A stretch of DNA of 21,572 nucleotides from Candidatus Krumholzibacteriia bacterium (GCA_046754105.1 JBHHVD010000054.1:1-21572), one strand, 5' to 3'. Positions 1 to 10,578 are shown, numbered from the stretch's first letter. Translations and numbers: made by a program. The notes: generated by a model not told the origin, from the letters alone.

Positions 1-267
1 CTCCTCGCAGGCTGGGCCCACGCCAAACAGGGCGCAGCGGCCGCGGCGCTCTTCATTTTCGTCAATTCGGCCGCGGGACTCGCCGGGCAGTTCGCGAAAG
101 GCGCGCACATCGGAACGCTCGCCATTCCGTTGGCGCTGGCCGTGATCCTCGGCGGCCAGATCGGGTCGCGGCTCGGAGCCTACCGCCTGCGGGTGGCCGG
201 TGTGCGTCAGTTGTTGGCGGTTTTGATCCTGTTCGTTTCCATACGGCTCATCTGGAGTGCCATATGA
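1..267 (+). CDS. 5'-truncated sulfite exporter TauE/SafE (TSUP) family membrane protein
   Basis: Frame 1 is open from base 1 to TGA 265-267: LLAGWAHAKQGAAAAALFIFVNSAAGLAGQ...AVILGGQIGSRLG...RQLLAVLILFVSIRLIWSAI. It is hydrophobic with the FI.VNS..GL.G and GG.IGS.LG patterns typical of TauE/SafE. The stop overlaps the moeA start (ATGA). Confidence 0.75.
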   Translation, partial: LLAGWAHAKQGAAAAALFIFVNSAAGLAGQFAKGAHIGTLAIPLALAVILGGQIGSRLGAYRLRVAGVRQLLAVLILFVSIRLIWSAI

Positions 268-1487
268 TCACGCCGCCCGAGGCCCAGCGCCTGATCCGCA
301 AGCACAGCGGGCCGCTCGGCATGACATCCGTTGCCCTCTCGGAGGCGCTGGGATACGTGCTGGCAAAGGACGTCAGGAGCCCGGCGCCACTGCCGCGATT
401 CGACAACTCGGCGATGGACGGTTTTGCGATTCGATCCGGGGAGACGAGGCGGGCGACGCCGGAACGCCCGGCCCGGTTCGATATTGGCAAGACTGTCCTT
501 GCAGGAGACAATCGCTCGCGCGCCCTGGCAAAGGGAGCGAGCTGCCGCATCATGACCGGCGCTCCGCTCCCCCGCGGTGCCGATGCCGTGATCCCGAAAG
601 AACGCGCGCGCGTCTCGGGGTCCACGCTGCTCGTGGGAGAGGTAGTGGACAGGTACCGGCACGTACGCCGGCGGGGGGAAGAAATTGCCAGGAACGCCGT
701 GGTCCTCAAAGAGGGGTCGTGCATTCAACCGGGAAGCGTCGCCTGCCTGGCGTCTCTCGGCCGGGGAACGGTGCGGGTCTGGCGGAAACCGGTCGTTTCG
801 GTGATCAGCACCGGCGATGAAACCGTAGCTCCTGGACGCGCGCTCAAGCGCGGACAGATCTACGACAGCAATTCCTATATGATCGCCGCGATGCTCGAGC
901 AGATGGGTATTACGCCGGCGCGGAGCCGCCGGGTCAGAGACCACTACACGGCGCTGTCCAACGCCGTCGGCGCGGCGCTCGGGGTGAGCGACGTGCTGGT
1001 CGTCCTCGGCGGTGTATCGGTCGGCGATCGCGATTACGTCAGAGACGTCCTTGGCAGGCGGCGTGTCACCGAGGTGTTCTGGCGTATCCGCCAGAAACCC
1101 GGCAAGCCGATCTATTTCGGAGTACGGGGGCGGCGCCTGGTGTTCGGGCTGCCCGGCAACCCGTCGAGCGCGTTCACTTGTTTCTACCTCTACGTGTACC
1201 CGGCGCTATGCCGCCTCGCGGGCAAGCGCGGTGACCACTTCGCGGGCCGCGCGTTGCCGGTGACCGGCCAGGTCGAACCGGATGCCGGGCGCTGGTTGAT
1301 GCTCAAGGGGAAAACACGGAAGCGGCCCCGCGCCGCCGTGGACAAGCTGCCCAGGCAAGGCTCCCACATGGTGACCTCACTGGCCGAAACGGACCGCATC
1401 CTCGTCGTTCCGCCGCGTGGATCCGCCGCGGGTCGCGGGCAGGAGGTCATCACGGTTCGCCTGCCCTATTCGGAGGAGGACGCATGA
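264..1487 (+). CDS. moeA: Molybdopterin molybdotransferase MoeA
   Basis: 407 aa with PRFDNSAMDGFA, RIMTGAPLP.GADAVI, STGDE, IYDSN, GGVSVGD.D, KPGKP and GLPGNP motifs. Confidence 0.96.
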   Translation: MITPPEAQRLIRKHSGPLGMTSVALSEALGYVLAKDVRSPAPLPRFDNSAMDGFAIRSGETRRATPERPARFDIGKTVLAGDNRSRALAKGASCRIMTGAPLPRGADAVIPKERARVSGSTLLVGEVVDRYRHVRRRGEEIARNAVVLKEGSCIQPGSVACLASLGRGTVRVWRKPVVSVISTGDETVAPGRALKRGQIYDSNSYMIAAMLEQMGITPARSRRVRDHYTALSNAVGAALGVSDVLVVLGGVSVGDRDYVRDVLGRRRVTEVFWRIRQKPGKPIYFGVRGRRLVFGLPGNPSSAFTCFYLYVYPALCRLAGKRGDHFAGRALPVTGQVEPDAGRWLMLKGKTRKRPRAAVDKLPRQGSHMVTSLAETDRILVVPPRGSAAGRGQEVITVRLPYSEEDA

Positions 1488-1732
1488 TGACGATCGAACT
1501 GCTGCTCTTCGCTCAACTGCGGGAAGCGCTGTCCGCCGACCGCATGAGTCGCGAGGTGCCGGATGGCACAACCGTCGAGCGCGCAGCCGCCGAGGTGCTC
1601 TCGGAGTCGAGCAACCCGGCACTCGCTCGCCTGCCCCTCGTGTACGCCGTAAACGAAAGGTACGTCGCCGCCGATCATCCGCTGCACGACGGCGACCGCC
1701 TTGCGCTGATAACACCCTTCTCCGGAGGCTAG
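1484..1732 (+). CDS. moaD: Molybdopterin synthase sulfur carrier MoaD
   Basis: 82 aa; LFAQLRE N-terminus, AVNERY, L.DGD and C-terminal SGG. ATGA overlap with moeA. Confidence 0.93.
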   Translation: MMTIELLLFAQLREALSADRMSREVPDGTTVERAAAEVLSESSNPALARLPLVYAVNERYVAADHPLHDGDRLALITPFSGG

Positions 1733-2137
1733 ATGTTCGTTACCGATGGGCCGATCACCGACGGCGCCGAAACTCCGACCGACCGCAAGAACGGTGCGGT
1801 CGTGACGTTCACCGGTGTCGTGCGGAGCGAGTCGAACGGGCGCCGCGTGACCGGCATCTATTACGACTGCTACCGGGCGCTGGCCGAACGGGAGGCGGCA
1901 TCTATTATAGAGGACGTGCGAAAGCGATTCACCGTGGATGCCGTCGAGGCGCGCCACCGAGTCGGTGAAGTCGCGGCTGGCGAAATCTCCCTGCTCGTCG
2001 AGGTCAGGGCTCCGCATCGCAAGGCCGCGTTCGAGGCGTGCCAGGCCGTTATCGACGGCGTCAAGCGGCGCGTTCCCATCTGGAAAAAGGAGCGGTACGC
2101 GGATCAGGAAGCGCAGTGGCTCTCCGGAGAGGTGTGA
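1733..2137 (+). CDS. moaE: Molybdopterin synthase catalytic subunit MoaE
   Basis: GAVVTFTGVVR, HRVG, APHRKAAFEAC, K..VPIWKKE motifs; starts immediately after the moaD stop. Confidence 0.94.
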   Translation: MFVTDGPITDGAETPTDRKNGAVVTFTGVVRSESNGRRVTGIYYDCYRALAEREAASIIEDVRKRFTVDAVEARHRVGEVAAGEISLLVEVRAPHRKAAFEACQAVIDGVKRRVPIWKKERYADQEAQWLSGEV

Positions 2138-2176
2138 GCCCCCGAGCGGCGGCTCCCGGAAAGCGGACAGATCGAT

Positions 2177-3136
2177 ATGACTCTCCTCCCAACTCTGGTC
2201 GACTACGCACGAATCCTCGCGGCTCGGGATGTGATCGCCGGCCGCGTGCACCGCACCCCGGTCGTTACCTCTTCGTATCTCGGGCGGCAGCTGGGAGTCC
2301 GCCTGCACTTGAAGCTCGAGCTTTTTCAAAAAACCGGGTCGTTCAAAGTGCGCGGGGTGTTGAACAAGCTCCACCATCTGGGCGATGACGAGAGGCAAAA
2401 GGGAGTGATCTCCCTTTCGGCGGGGAACCACGCGCAGGCGCTGGCGTGGGGGGCCTCGCAGTGGGGTATCTCCTCCACGATCGTGATGCCGGCGACGAGC
2501 GTCCGCAGTAAGGTCGAAGCGACGCAGGGCTACGGCGGGAAGGTCGTCCTTACCGAGAACAACCTGCTGGAGACCTGCCTGTCGATCCAGGAAGAGCGCG
2601 GGCTGGTCCTGGTCCACCCGTTCGATGATCCCGACATCATCGCGGGGCAGGGAACCGTCGGCGTGGAAATCCTCGAGGACGTGGCCGATGTCGACGTCGT
2701 GGTGGTCGGTGTCGGGGGTGGCGGTATCATTTCCGGCGTGGCCGCCGCCGTCAAGGCGAAAAAGCCGCACGCCCGCGTCGTGGGGGTCGAACCGAACGGC
2801 GCACCGACCATGAGCCGGAGCCTGGCGCGGGGTGCACCCGCGCAACTGGCCGAAGTGGATACTATCGCCGACGGTCTGGCGGCGCCGTTCGCGGGCGAGC
2901 ACACGTTCGCGCACGTCAAGGCGCTCGTCGACGATATGGTAACCGTGCCCGACGCCGAGATCCGCCGCGCGATGGGATTGATCATCGAGCGCTGCAAGGT
3001 GATTCCCGAACCGGCCGCGGCCGCCGGCCTGGCCGCCCTCTTGTCACGCCGGGTGCAGGTGGCCGAGGGCGCCTCGGTTCTCTGCCTGCTGAGCGGCGGC
3101 AACGCGGACCGCGATCTCTTGAAATCCCTCTTGTAG
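2177..3136 (+). CDS. PLP-dependent threonine/serine dehydratase, short form without ACT domain (IlvA/TdcB-like)
   Basis: KLELFQKTGSFKVRG (PLP lysine), SAGNHAQ, HPFDDP..IAGQGT, GGGG, IADGL, EPAAA, LSGGN; 319 aa. Confidence 0.88.
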   Translation: MTLLPTLVDYARILAARDVIAGRVHRTPVVTSSYLGRQLGVRLHLKLELFQKTGSFKVRGVLNKLHHLGDDERQKGVISLSAGNHAQALAWGASQWGISSTIVMPATSVRSKVEATQGYGGKVVLTENNLLETCLSIQEERGLVLVHPFDDPDIIAGQGTVGVEILEDVADVDVVVVGVGGGGIISGVAAAVKAKKPHARVVGVEPNGAPTMSRSLARGAPAQLAEVDTIADGLAAPFAGEHTFAHVKALVDDMVTVPDAEIRRAMGLIIERCKVIPEPAAAAGLAALLSRRVQVAEGASVLCLLSGGNADRDLLKSLL

Positions 3137-3171
3137 GACGCTCCCGCTTCACACGAACCCGCCGCTCCCGT

Positions 3172-3191
3172 AACTTGATTAATATCAAGTT
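3172..3191. promoter_or_regulatory. FNR/DNR (Crp-Fnr family) binding site
   Basis: TTGAT-TAAT-ATCAA at 3175-3188 is the exact FNR consensus, extended to the 8-bp inverted repeat AACTTGAT-N4-ATCAAGTT, upstream of the nar operon. Confidence 0.9.
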
Positions 3192-3198
3192 TTATCTT

Positions 3199-3227
3199 TT
3201 GACACCGCGGCCGCCAGTCAGTAATTT
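3199..3227 (+). promoter_or_regulatory. sigma70-type promoter of the rrf2-nar operon
   Basis: TTGACA (3199-3204), 17 bp, TAATTT (3222-3227). Confidence 0.65.
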
Positions 3228-3247
3228 CGGATAACGTAGTCCGAAAT
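3224..3247. promoter_or_regulatory. Palindromic operator, candidate Rrf2 binding site
   Basis: ATTTCGGA-N8-TCCGAAAT perfect inverted repeat overlapping the -10 and predicted start site, 14 bp before the rrf2 ATG. Confidence 0.6.
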
Positions 3248-3261
3248 GCTGGAATCTATTT

Positions 3262-3699
3262 ATGAAAGTACTATCCCAAACGAGTGTATACGCGATACGG
3301 GCGGCCCTGTTCGTCGCCTCGATGGACGACGCCGAGAAATACGTGCCCACCCACGAGATATCCTCGAGGCTGAAGATATCGTTTCATTTCCTGACCAAAA
3401 TCCTGCAGGTGCTGACCCGGCACAACATCATGGTGTCGCACCGCGGTCCCAACGGCGGCGTGTCGCTCGCCAGACCGGCGCGAGACATCACGCTGATGGA
3501 AATGATCGGCGTCATCGAGCCCGATGGTTTCTTCGAGGGATGTGTTCTGGGCCTCCCCGGCTGCGGCACGGAGAGGCCGTGTCCGCTGCACGAGAAGTGG
3601 GGAGAGGCACGAGACAAGATCAGATGCGTGTTTGAAGATACTAACCTGGCGGAACTGGGGCGCAGGATCAAGGAGGACGGTCTGCGCCTGACGATGTGA
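3262..3699 (+). CDS. Rrf2 family transcriptional regulator with three-Cys Fe-S motif
   Basis: YAIRA, wHTH region with RGPNGG.SLARP..ITL, and C-terminal CVLGLPGC-x5-CPLH. Confidence 0.93.
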   Translation: MKVLSQTSVYAIRAALFVASMDDAEKYVPTHEISSRLKISFHFLTKILQVLTRHNIMVSHRGPNGGVSLARPARDITLMEMIGVIEPDGFFEGCVLGLPGCGTERPCPLHEKWGEARDKIRCVFEDTNLAELGRRIKEDGLRLTM

Positions 3700-4601
3700 G
3701 TGATGACATGAGAAGACTACTGGAACGATCTCTTGTAATGCCGGCGGTTCTTTGCTGGCTGGGTATCCCCTCCGCGGTGCGCTCGCAACCGGACGAGGGG
3801 GAGCGACTTTTCAAGACGATCTGCGTGGCCTGCCACACGATAGGCAAGGGCAGGCTCGTCGGTCCGGACCTGGCAAACGTGCACGAGAGAAGGCCGCGGG
3901 AGTGGCTCCTCGAGTACGTCAAGTCCTCGCAGTCGGTCATCAAGAGCGGCGATCCTTACGCCGTGCAGTTGTTCGAGGACTACAACCGGGTGCTCATGCC
4001 GGACAACCCTTACACCGACGCGCAGATCACGAGCATCATCCAGTACGTGGCGGCAAACAGCCCCGGTGCCGAATCGGGCGCGGGTACCGTCGCCGAGGAT
4101 ACGGAGCCCCCGGTTGTTGCGGGGGACGATGTCGACTCCGGGCGCGCCCTGTTCGTGGGGACACGCCGCTTCGAGAACGGCGGGCCGACGTGCATTTCAT
4201 GCCACAACGTCGACCGCCAGGGCATCACGGCGGGTGGCGCGCTGGCGAAGGACGTCACCAACGCTCACAGCAGGTTGGGATGGGCCGGTTTGAAGGCGAT
4301 CATCGGCAACTCGCCTTTTCCCGCCATGAACAAGGCCTTCGCCGGAAAACCGCTGACCGATGACGAGGTGTTCGACCTCGCCGCGTTCCTGCAGCACGTC
4401 GACGGGGACGACGCGCGGATTCCGGGCCCGCGTTACGGTCTCAGGCTCTTCCTGGCTGGGCTCGGCGGGTCGATTCTCCTCATCGGGCTCTTCGGCGGCG
4501 TCTGGATCCGCGGCAAGAGGAAAAGTGTGAATCACACGATCTACGAGCGCCAGGTCAAATCGACCTGGGAGTACACGCACGATTCAGAACGGGTTGGATG
4601 A
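3696..4601 (+). CDS. Membrane-anchored periplasmic di-heme cytochrome c (NarC-like)
   Basis: Signal-like N-terminus, two CxxCH motifs (CVACH, CISCH), candidate axial Mets (LMPD, PAM) and a C-terminal TM helix. GTGA overlap with rrf2 and ATGA overlap with narG. Alternative start ATG 3708. Confidence 0.88.
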   Translation: MSDDMRRLLERSLVMPAVLCWLGIPSAVRSQPDEGERLFKTICVACHTIGKGRLVGPDLANVHERRPREWLLEYVKSSQSVIKSGDPYAVQLFEDYNRVLMPDNPYTDAQITSIIQYVAANSPGAESGAGTVAEDTEPPVVAGDDVDSGRALFVGTRRFENGGPTCISCHNVDRQGITAGGALAKDVTNAHSRLGWAGLKAIIGNSPFPAMNKAFAGKPLTDDEVFDLAAFLQHVDGDDARIPGPRYGLRLFLAGLGGSILLIGLFGGVWIRGKRKSVNHTIYERQVKSTWEYTHDSERVG

Positions 4602-4603
4602 CT

Positions 4604-7600
4604 ATGAGCTGGATAGAAGATATCATTTCGCCACAGACGCGGCAGTGGGAAGAGTTTTACCGCAATCGTTTTCAACATGACCGAATCGTCAGAAGCACGC
4701 ACGGCGTCAACTGCACCGGTGGCTGTTCCTGGGAGATTCACGTCAAGGACGGCATTGTCGTATGGGAGACGCAGCAGCTGGACTACCCGCTTCTCGAAAG
4801 CAAGCTGCCACCCTACGAACCGCGCGGGTGCCAGCGCGGCATCTCGTTTTCCTGGTATCTCTACAGCCCCCTGCGGATCAAGTACCCGCTGGTGCGGGGC
4901 GCGCTCCTCGACGCCTACCGCGAGGAGAAGCAGAAGACGGGGGACGCACTGCAGGCGTGGGCGAACCTGCAGGCCGCTCCCGACAAGCGCAAGGAATACC
5001 AGCAGGCCCGGGGTAAGGGCGGATTCAGAAGGGCGCACTGGGACGAGGTGCTCGAAATCATGGCGGCCGCCAACATACATACCGCCAAGAAACACGGTCC
5101 GGACCGCGTCATCGGCTTCTCGCCGATCCCCGCCATGTCGATGCTGAGCTACGCCGCGGGCAGCCGCTTCCTGCAGTTATTCGGCGGCGTCAACCTGAGC
5201 TTCTACGACTGGTACTGCGATTTGCCCAACGCCTCGCCCGAGATCTGGGGAGAGCAAACGGACGTGTGCGAGAGCGCCGACTGGTACAACTCCAAGTTCA
5301 TCGCCGTTATGGGTGCGAACCTCAACATGACGCGCACGCCTGACGCGCACTTTTTCGCAGAGGCACGGCACAACGGTACCAAGGCCGTCGTCTTCGCCCC
5401 GGACTTCAGCCAGGTGGCCAAGTACTCCGACCAATGGGTTCCGCTGCACGCGGGTAGTGACGGCGCCTTCTGGATGGCGGTCACCCATGTCGTTCTCAAG
5501 GAATTTCACCACGAAAAGCAAACGCCGTACTTTATCAACTATGTAAAGAAGTACACCGACAGTCCGTACCTCGTCGAACTGGAGAAGAGCGGCGACCATT
5601 ACAAGCCAGGCCGCCTGCTGAGAGCCAATCGCATCTCCAAGTACAAGGACGCGACGAACGGCGAGTGGAAGTTTCTCAACATCGACGAGAAGACGGGAGA
5701 GCCCGTCATGCCCAAGGGGAGTATGGGCCACCGTTGGGACGAGCAGCAGGGCAAGTGGAACATGAAAAGCGAAGACGCCGAAAGCAACAAGCCCTACGAC
5801 CCGGTGCTGAGTTTTCTCGCCGGAAATGACGGGACGGCGCAGGTCGAGTTCACGGAGTTCGGGCTGGACGATCACCGCCTGCGGGGCGTTCCGTTCCGGC
5901 ACATCGAAACGGTGGACGGCGGCAAGGTGCCGGTGACCACGGTATACGACTTGATCATGGCCCAGTACGGTGTGGACCGGGGTCTGCCCGGTGAGTACCC
6001 GAAGGACTACGGCGACAAGGACGCCGCCTACACACCGGCCTGGCAGGAGATCTTTACCGGCGTGGACGCGAAGACCGTGGTGCAGTTTGCGCGGGAGTGG
6101 GCGGGCACCGCCAACGTGACCGAGGGCAAGTGCATGATCATCATCGGCGCGGGCTGCAATCACTGGTACCACAACAACCTGATTTACCGCGCCGGCATCA
6201 TGTCGCTCATGTTGTGCGGTTGCGTCGGAAGAAACGGCGGTGGCCTCAACCATTACGTCGGGCAGGAGAAACTCGCTCCGATGGACTCCTGGAGCACGAT
6301 CGCCTTCGGCAAGGACTGGCAGAGCGCGGCGCGCCTGCAGCAGGCGCCGCTGTGGCACTATCTCAACACGTGCCAGTACCGCTATGACGGGCACTTTTCC
6401 ACCTACAACAAGACGCCCAAGAACGAGTGGACAAGGGGCCACCATGCCGACCTGATCTATAAGTCGGTACGCATGGGATGGATGCCCTACTATCCGCAGT
6501 TCGACAAGAACACGCTCGAGCTGTGCCGCGAAGCCGCCCAGAGCGGCGCGGCGAGCGACGATGACATCAAGGCATACGTGCTGGAGAAACTGAAGTCGAA
6601 AGAGCTCGGTTACGCGGTGGGCGACCCCGACGGAGAACAAAACCACCCGCGTGTCTGGTACATCTGGCGGGGCAACGCCATCATGGGCAGCATGAAGGGC
6701 CACGAGTACCTCTTGAAGCACTACTTGGGTACGCACTCCAACGCCATCGCAAAGGATAACAGTGCAGAGAAGACCGACGAAGTGAAGTGGCACGACATCG
6801 CACCGGTCGGCAAGATGGATCTGGTAGTCGACCTCAACTTTCGCATGGACTCGTCGGCCCTCTATTCGGACATCGTCCTGCCCGCCGCTTCATGGTACGA
6901 GAAGGCGGACCTGAACAGCACAGATCTCCATTCCTTTATTCACCCGTTGTCGGCGGCCATCGCACCGGTGTGGGAATCCAAGACCGACTGGGAGATATTC
7001 CGCGAACTGGCCCGCGTGACCAGCGAGTTGGCGAAAGAGCACCTGCCCGAACCGCAAAAAGACATCGTGGCGGCCCCGCTCGCCCACGACTCGTCCGGAG
7101 AGATCACGCAACCCACCGTCAAGGACTGGTACAAAGGCGAGTGCGAGGCGCTGCCCGGCAAGACCATGCACGGCCTGACGGTGGTCGACCGCGATTACAC
7201 ACAGATCTATGACAAGTTCATCGCGTTGGGCGACAAGGTAAAAGACAACGGTATGGCCGCACACGGCAACCGCTACGATTGTGCCGACGTGTATGACGAA
7301 ATGGTGGAATCCGCGCACTTCCCGGTCGAGAAACGAAACGGCAACACGTACCCGTCGCTCAAGGAAGACGTGTGGGCGGCCGACGCCGTCCTGCACCTCT
7401 CCTCCCTGACCAACGGCGTGCTCGACGTGCGCGCGTACGAGAACGCGGAAAAGCGCACCGGCCTTGCGTTGACCGACCTGGCGGCGGGAAGCAAGGATGT
7501 GAAGATGACGTACGCCGACCTTCAGGCGCAGCCGCGGCGCTACAACACGTCGCCGCTGTGGTCGGGCCTCATGAACGACGGCCGGGCGTACGCGCCCTTT

Positions 7601-8224
7601 ACGTACAACTACGAGAGATTGGTCCCATGGAGAACCCTGACCGGGCGCCAGCATTTCTACCTGGACCACGAGATGTATATCGCGTTCGGGGAGAACCTGC
7701 CCACCTACAAGCCGTCTCCCAGGCCGGAGTTCTACGGTGACCTGAAGGAAACGCTCAAGAGTGAGACGGCACGGGTGCTCAACTGCCTGACACCGCATGG
7801 CAAGTGGCACATTCACTCGACCTACATGGAGAACCTGCGGATGCTGACGTTGTCGCGCGGGTGCGAGCCGTGCTGGATGAGCGAGCACGACGCCGAGGAA
7901 CTGGGAATCAAGGACAACGACTGGGTGGAAGTCTACAACGACCACGGCGTCTACTGCACGCGGGCGGTGGTCAGCTCTCGCATTCCCAAGGGTGTGTGCA
8001 TCGTTTACCACGTGCCGGAGAGAACCGTCGGCATCCCGAAATCGCAGGTGCGGGGAAACAAGCGCGCGGGCGGCCACAACAGTTTCACGCGCATTCATTT
8101 GAAACCGAACCTGCTCTCCGGCGGGTACGGACAGTTTACGTACCACTTCAACTATTGGGGACCAACGGCCCCGAACCGCGACACGCACGTCGTGGTCAAG
8201 AAGATGAAAAAGGTGGTCTTTTAA
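4604..8224 (+). CDS. narG: Respiratory nitrate reductase / nitrite oxidoreductase alpha subunit (Mo-bisPGD)
   Basis: [12 protein letters not shown]...PRGC (FS0 His/Cys ligands), [25 protein letters not shown] (Mo-ligand Asp), HYVGQEK, TPHGKW.IHS; no twin-arginine signal. Start could be 4598. Confidence 0.96.
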   Translation: MSWIEDIISPQTRQWEEFYRNRFQHDRIVRSTHGVNCTGGCSWEIHVKDGIVVWETQQLDYPLLESKLPPYEPRGCQRGISFSWYLYSPLRIKYPLVRGALLDAYREEKQKTGDALQAWANLQAAPDKRKEYQQARGKGGFRRAHWDEVLEIMAAANIHTAKKHGPDRVIGFSPIPAMSMLSYAAGSRFLQLFGGVNLSFYDWYCDLPNASPEIWGEQTDVCESADWYNSKFIAVMGANLNMTRTPDAHFFAEARHNGTKAVVFAPDFSQVAKYSDQWVPLHAGSDGAFWMAVTHVVLKEFHHEKQTPYFINYVKKYTDSPYLVELEKSGDHYKPGRLLRANRISKYKDATNGEWKFLNIDEKTGEPVMPKGSMGHRWDEQQGKWNMKSEDAESNKPYDPVLSFLAGNDGTAQVEFTEFGLDDHRLRGVPFRHIETVDGGKVPVTTVYDLIMAQYGVDRGLPGEYPKDYGDKDAAYTPAWQEIFTGVDAKTVVQFAREWAGTANVTEGKCMIIIGAGCNHWYHNNLIYRAGIMSLMLCGCVGRNGGGLNHYVGQEKLAPMDSWSTIAFGKDWQSAARLQQAPLWHYLNTCQYRYDGHFSTYNKTPKNEWTRGHHADLIYKSVRMGWMPYYPQFDKNTLELCREAAQSGAASDDDIKAYVLEKLKSKELGYAVGDPDGEQNHPRVWYIWRGNAIMGSMKGHEYLLKHYLGTHSNAIAKDNSAEKTDEVKWHDIAPVGKMDLVVDLNFRMDSSALYSDIVLPAASWYEKADLNSTDLHSFIHPLSAAIAPVWESKTDWEIFRELARVTSELAKEHLPEPQKDIVAAPLAHDSSGEITQPTVKDWYKGECEALPGKTMHGLTVVDRDYTQIYDKFIALGDKVKDNGMAAHGNRYDCADVYDEMVESAHFPVEKRNGNTYPSLKEDVWAADAVLHLSSLTNGVLDVRAYENAEKRTGLALTDLAAGSKDVKMTYADLQAQPRRYNTSPLWSGLMNDGRAYAPFTYNYERLVPWRTLTGRQHFYLDHEMYIAFGENLPTYKPSPRPEFYGDLKETLKSETARVLNCLTPHGKWHIHSTYMENLRMLTLSRGCEPCWMSEHDAEELGIKDNDWVEVYNDHGVYCTRAVVSSRIPKGVCIVYHVPERTVGIPKSQVRGNKRAGGHNSFTRIHLKPNLLSGGYGQFTYHFNYWGPTAPNRDTHVVVKKMKKVVF

Positions 8225-8242
8225 CCGAGTGGGCGGTCAGTC

Positions 8243-9802
8243 ATGGACGTAAGAGCGCAAATATCGATGGTGTTCCACCTGGACAAGTGCATCGGCTGCC
8301 ACACGTGTTCCATCGCCTGCAAGAACATCTGGACGGATCGCAAGGGTGCGGAGTACATGTGGTGGAACAATGTCGAGACAAAACCCGGAACCGGCTACCC
8401 CACCAAGTGGGAGGACCAGGACATTTACAAGGGCGGCTGGGAGAGACGGGCCGAAGGCGATATCTCGCTCAGGGGCGCAGGCAAGCTGCGCGGGTTGTTG
8501 AACATATTCCACAATCCCCATCTGCCGGTGATCGACGACTACTACGAACCTTTCACCTATAAGTACCTCGACCTCATAGAGTCTCCGGCCCAGGACGACC
8601 AGCCCACGGCGCGCCCGGTATCGCTTATCTCGGGCCAGCCCATCGATATCAAGTCCGGACCCAACTGGGACGATGACTTGAGCGGCACGCCCGATTACGC
8701 CCGCAACGACCCCAACCTCGGCGACCTGTCTCCTGCCGAGCAAGAAGCGATGTTCCAGTTGGAGCGCATGGCTTTCTTCTATCTACCCCGGATCTGCAAC
8801 CACTGCCTCAATCCCGCGTGCGTGGCGTCGTGTCCCTCCGGTGCCATCTACAAACGGGGTGAGGACGGCGTGGTTCTGATAAACCAGCAAGTGTGCCGCG
8901 CGTGGCGCATGTGTGTGACCGCATGTCCGTACAAGAAATCGTATATCAACTGGGGCACCGGCAAGTCCGAGAAATGCATCCTGTGTTACCCGAGGTTGGA
9001 GGCGGGCCATGCCCCCGCGTGCATGCACTCTTGCGTGGGCCGGATTCGTTATCTCGGGGTGATGCTCTACGACGCGGACGACATCCACGACGCCGCGGCG
9101 GAGCTGGACAGCGGTATCGATTCCGTCAGTCGCCAGCTGCATATTCTCCTGGACCCGTTCGATCCCGACGTGATTCAGGCGGCGAAGGCGAACGGCATGT
9201 CCGATTCGACTATTAAGGCGGCACAGGATTCGCCCGCGTATAAGTTCGTCAAGGAATGGGAACTGGCGGTTCCGCTGCACCCGGAATTCCGGACGCTGCC
9301 GATGCTTTTCTACGTGCCGCCGCTGTTGCCGGTGATGGCGTCCCTGAGCGAGGCCCGAAACGCGGAACAGGAAAAGAAGCTGGATCCCATCGCCAAGTCC
9401 TGGAGTGACGACTGGCTCTACGATACGAGTACCGAGGAGTTGTGGGGGACGATCGACGAGGCGCGGTTTCCGTTGAAATACATGGCGAACTTGTTCACGG
9501 CCGGAGATGAAGAGAGAATACGGCGCATCCTCAAGAAACTGATGGCGGTGAGAATTCACCGGCGAGGCAAGACGGTCGGCGACATACCGGAGGACCGCGT
9601 TGCAGCAACGCTGCAGGATGTCGGCCTGACACCGGAGACGGCCGACGACATCTACTACCTCACTTCGCTCGCGAGATTCGACGACCGCTTCGTTATACCG
9701 GCGGCGCACCGCGAGCAGGCCATAGAGATGATGGAATTTGCCGGTGATACCAAGGGATCCGTGGGCTTCGGATTCAAACAGAAACCCGAGAGGGGCTGGT
9801 GA
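8243..9802 (+). CDS. narH: Nitrate reductase beta subunit (Fe-S)
   Basis: Four cluster motifs CIGCHTCSIAC, CNHCLNPACVASC, CRAWRMCVTAC (3Fe-4S type with Trp) and CILC...CMHSC; LHPEFRTLPM. Confidence 0.97.
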   Translation: MDVRAQISMVFHLDKCIGCHTCSIACKNIWTDRKGAEYMWWNNVETKPGTGYPTKWEDQDIYKGGWERRAEGDISLRGAGKLRGLLNIFHNPHLPVIDDYYEPFTYKYLDLIESPAQDDQPTARPVSLISGQPIDIKSGPNWDDDLSGTPDYARNDPNLGDLSPAEQEAMFQLERMAFFYLPRICNHCLNPACVASCPSGAIYKRGEDGVVLINQQVCRAWRMCVTACPYKKSYINWGTGKSEKCILCYPRLEAGHAPACMHSCVGRIRYLGVMLYDADDIHDAAAELDSGIDSVSRQLHILLDPFDPDVIQAAKANGMSDSTIKAAQDSPAYKFVKEWELAVPLHPEFRTLPMLFYVPPLLPVMASLSEARNAEQEKKLDPIAKSWSDDWLYDTSTEELWGTIDEARFPLKYMANLFTAGDEERIRRILKKLMAVRIHRRGKTVGDIPEDRVAATLQDVGLTPETADDIYYLTSLARFDDRFVIPAAHREQAIEMMEFAGDTKGSVGFGFKQKPERGW

Positions 9803-9864
9803 TCGCGGGTGGCGGGCCGGCGCGACAGAACGCGCGGCCGGCGGCGGCGACGCCGGAGCAGAAT

Positions 9865-10578
9865 ATGAGCGCTGACCACGATGTCACAGAAGGTCCCCTC
9901 TACGCGGCACTCGCCGGCCTGTTCGGGTATCCGGACCATGAGTTCGCCGGGCGGGTGAGGGAGATCCAGGGGCTGCTGGAGAAGACGTGCGCGGCGGCGG
10001 CGGCGGAGCTGAGGGAGTTTACCGAATTCGTCGCGCGGGCGTCGATCGTCGAGCTCGAGGAGCTGTACACGCGGTCGTTCGACGTCCAGGCCGTCACCAC
10101 GCTCGACCTCGGCTACGTGCTTTTCGGGGACGATTACAAGCGCGGGGAGGTGCTCGTAAACCTGAGCGCCGAGCATCGCGAGGCCGGCGTCGACTGCGGA
10201 AGCGAGCTGCCCGATCATCTGCCCAACGTCCTGCGCCTGCTCGACGCGATGCAAAATCGCGAGTTGCGGGAAGAACTGGTGCAGAAGATCGTAGCGCCGG
10301 CGTTACGCAGGATAATCGGTGAATTCGAACCCGACCGGCTGCAGAGAAAGAGCGCGGTGTATGAGAAGCACCATAAGACTCTGATCGAGAGATCCGAGCG
10401 ATACGGCATCATCTATCAAAGAACGTTGTGTGCGTTGTATGCCGTGCTAAAGCAGGAGTTTGCCCTCGATGCGGGCGGGACGCCGCCCATGAGACGGGAG
10501 AGCCGTTTTCTGAATTCGATCGGAACCGAAATGAGGATGGAATGCAACAAGGGGACGTGCCATGGCCGCACTGGATAA
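9865..10578 (+). CDS. narJ: Nitrate reductase Moco assembly chaperone NarJ
   Basis: YT.SFD...LDLGY.LFGDDYKRG and ELPDHLP motifs; lies between narH and narI. ATG 9865 has GGAG upstream; the ORF extends to GTG 9799. Confidence 0.88.
   Translation: MSADHDVTEGPLYAALAGLFGYPDHEFAGRVREIQGLLEKTCAAAAAELREFTEFVARASIVELEELYTRSFDVQAVTTLDLGYVLFGDDYKRGEVLVNLSAEHREAGVDCGSELPDHLPNVLRLLDAMQNRELREELVQKIVAPALRRIIGEFEPDRLQRKSAVYEKHHKTLIERSERYGIIYQRTLCALYAVLKQEFALDAGGTPPMRRESRFLNSIGTEMRMECNKGTCHGRTG

Noticed and set aside
1466..2914. 482 aa minus-strand ORF
   Set aside because: Fully overlaps moaD, moaE and the dehydratase; no motifs.
4598..4700. Tat-exported periplasmic Nar/Nxr/Pcr type
   Set aside because: No twin-arginine signal, and a NarI-type anchor plus two NarK transporters indicate a cytoplasm-facing active site.
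5177..9709. Long antisense ORFs opposite narG/narH (538, 432, 308 aa)
   Set aside because: They are in codon register with strongly supported sense genes and carry no motifs; typical high-GC shadow ORFs.
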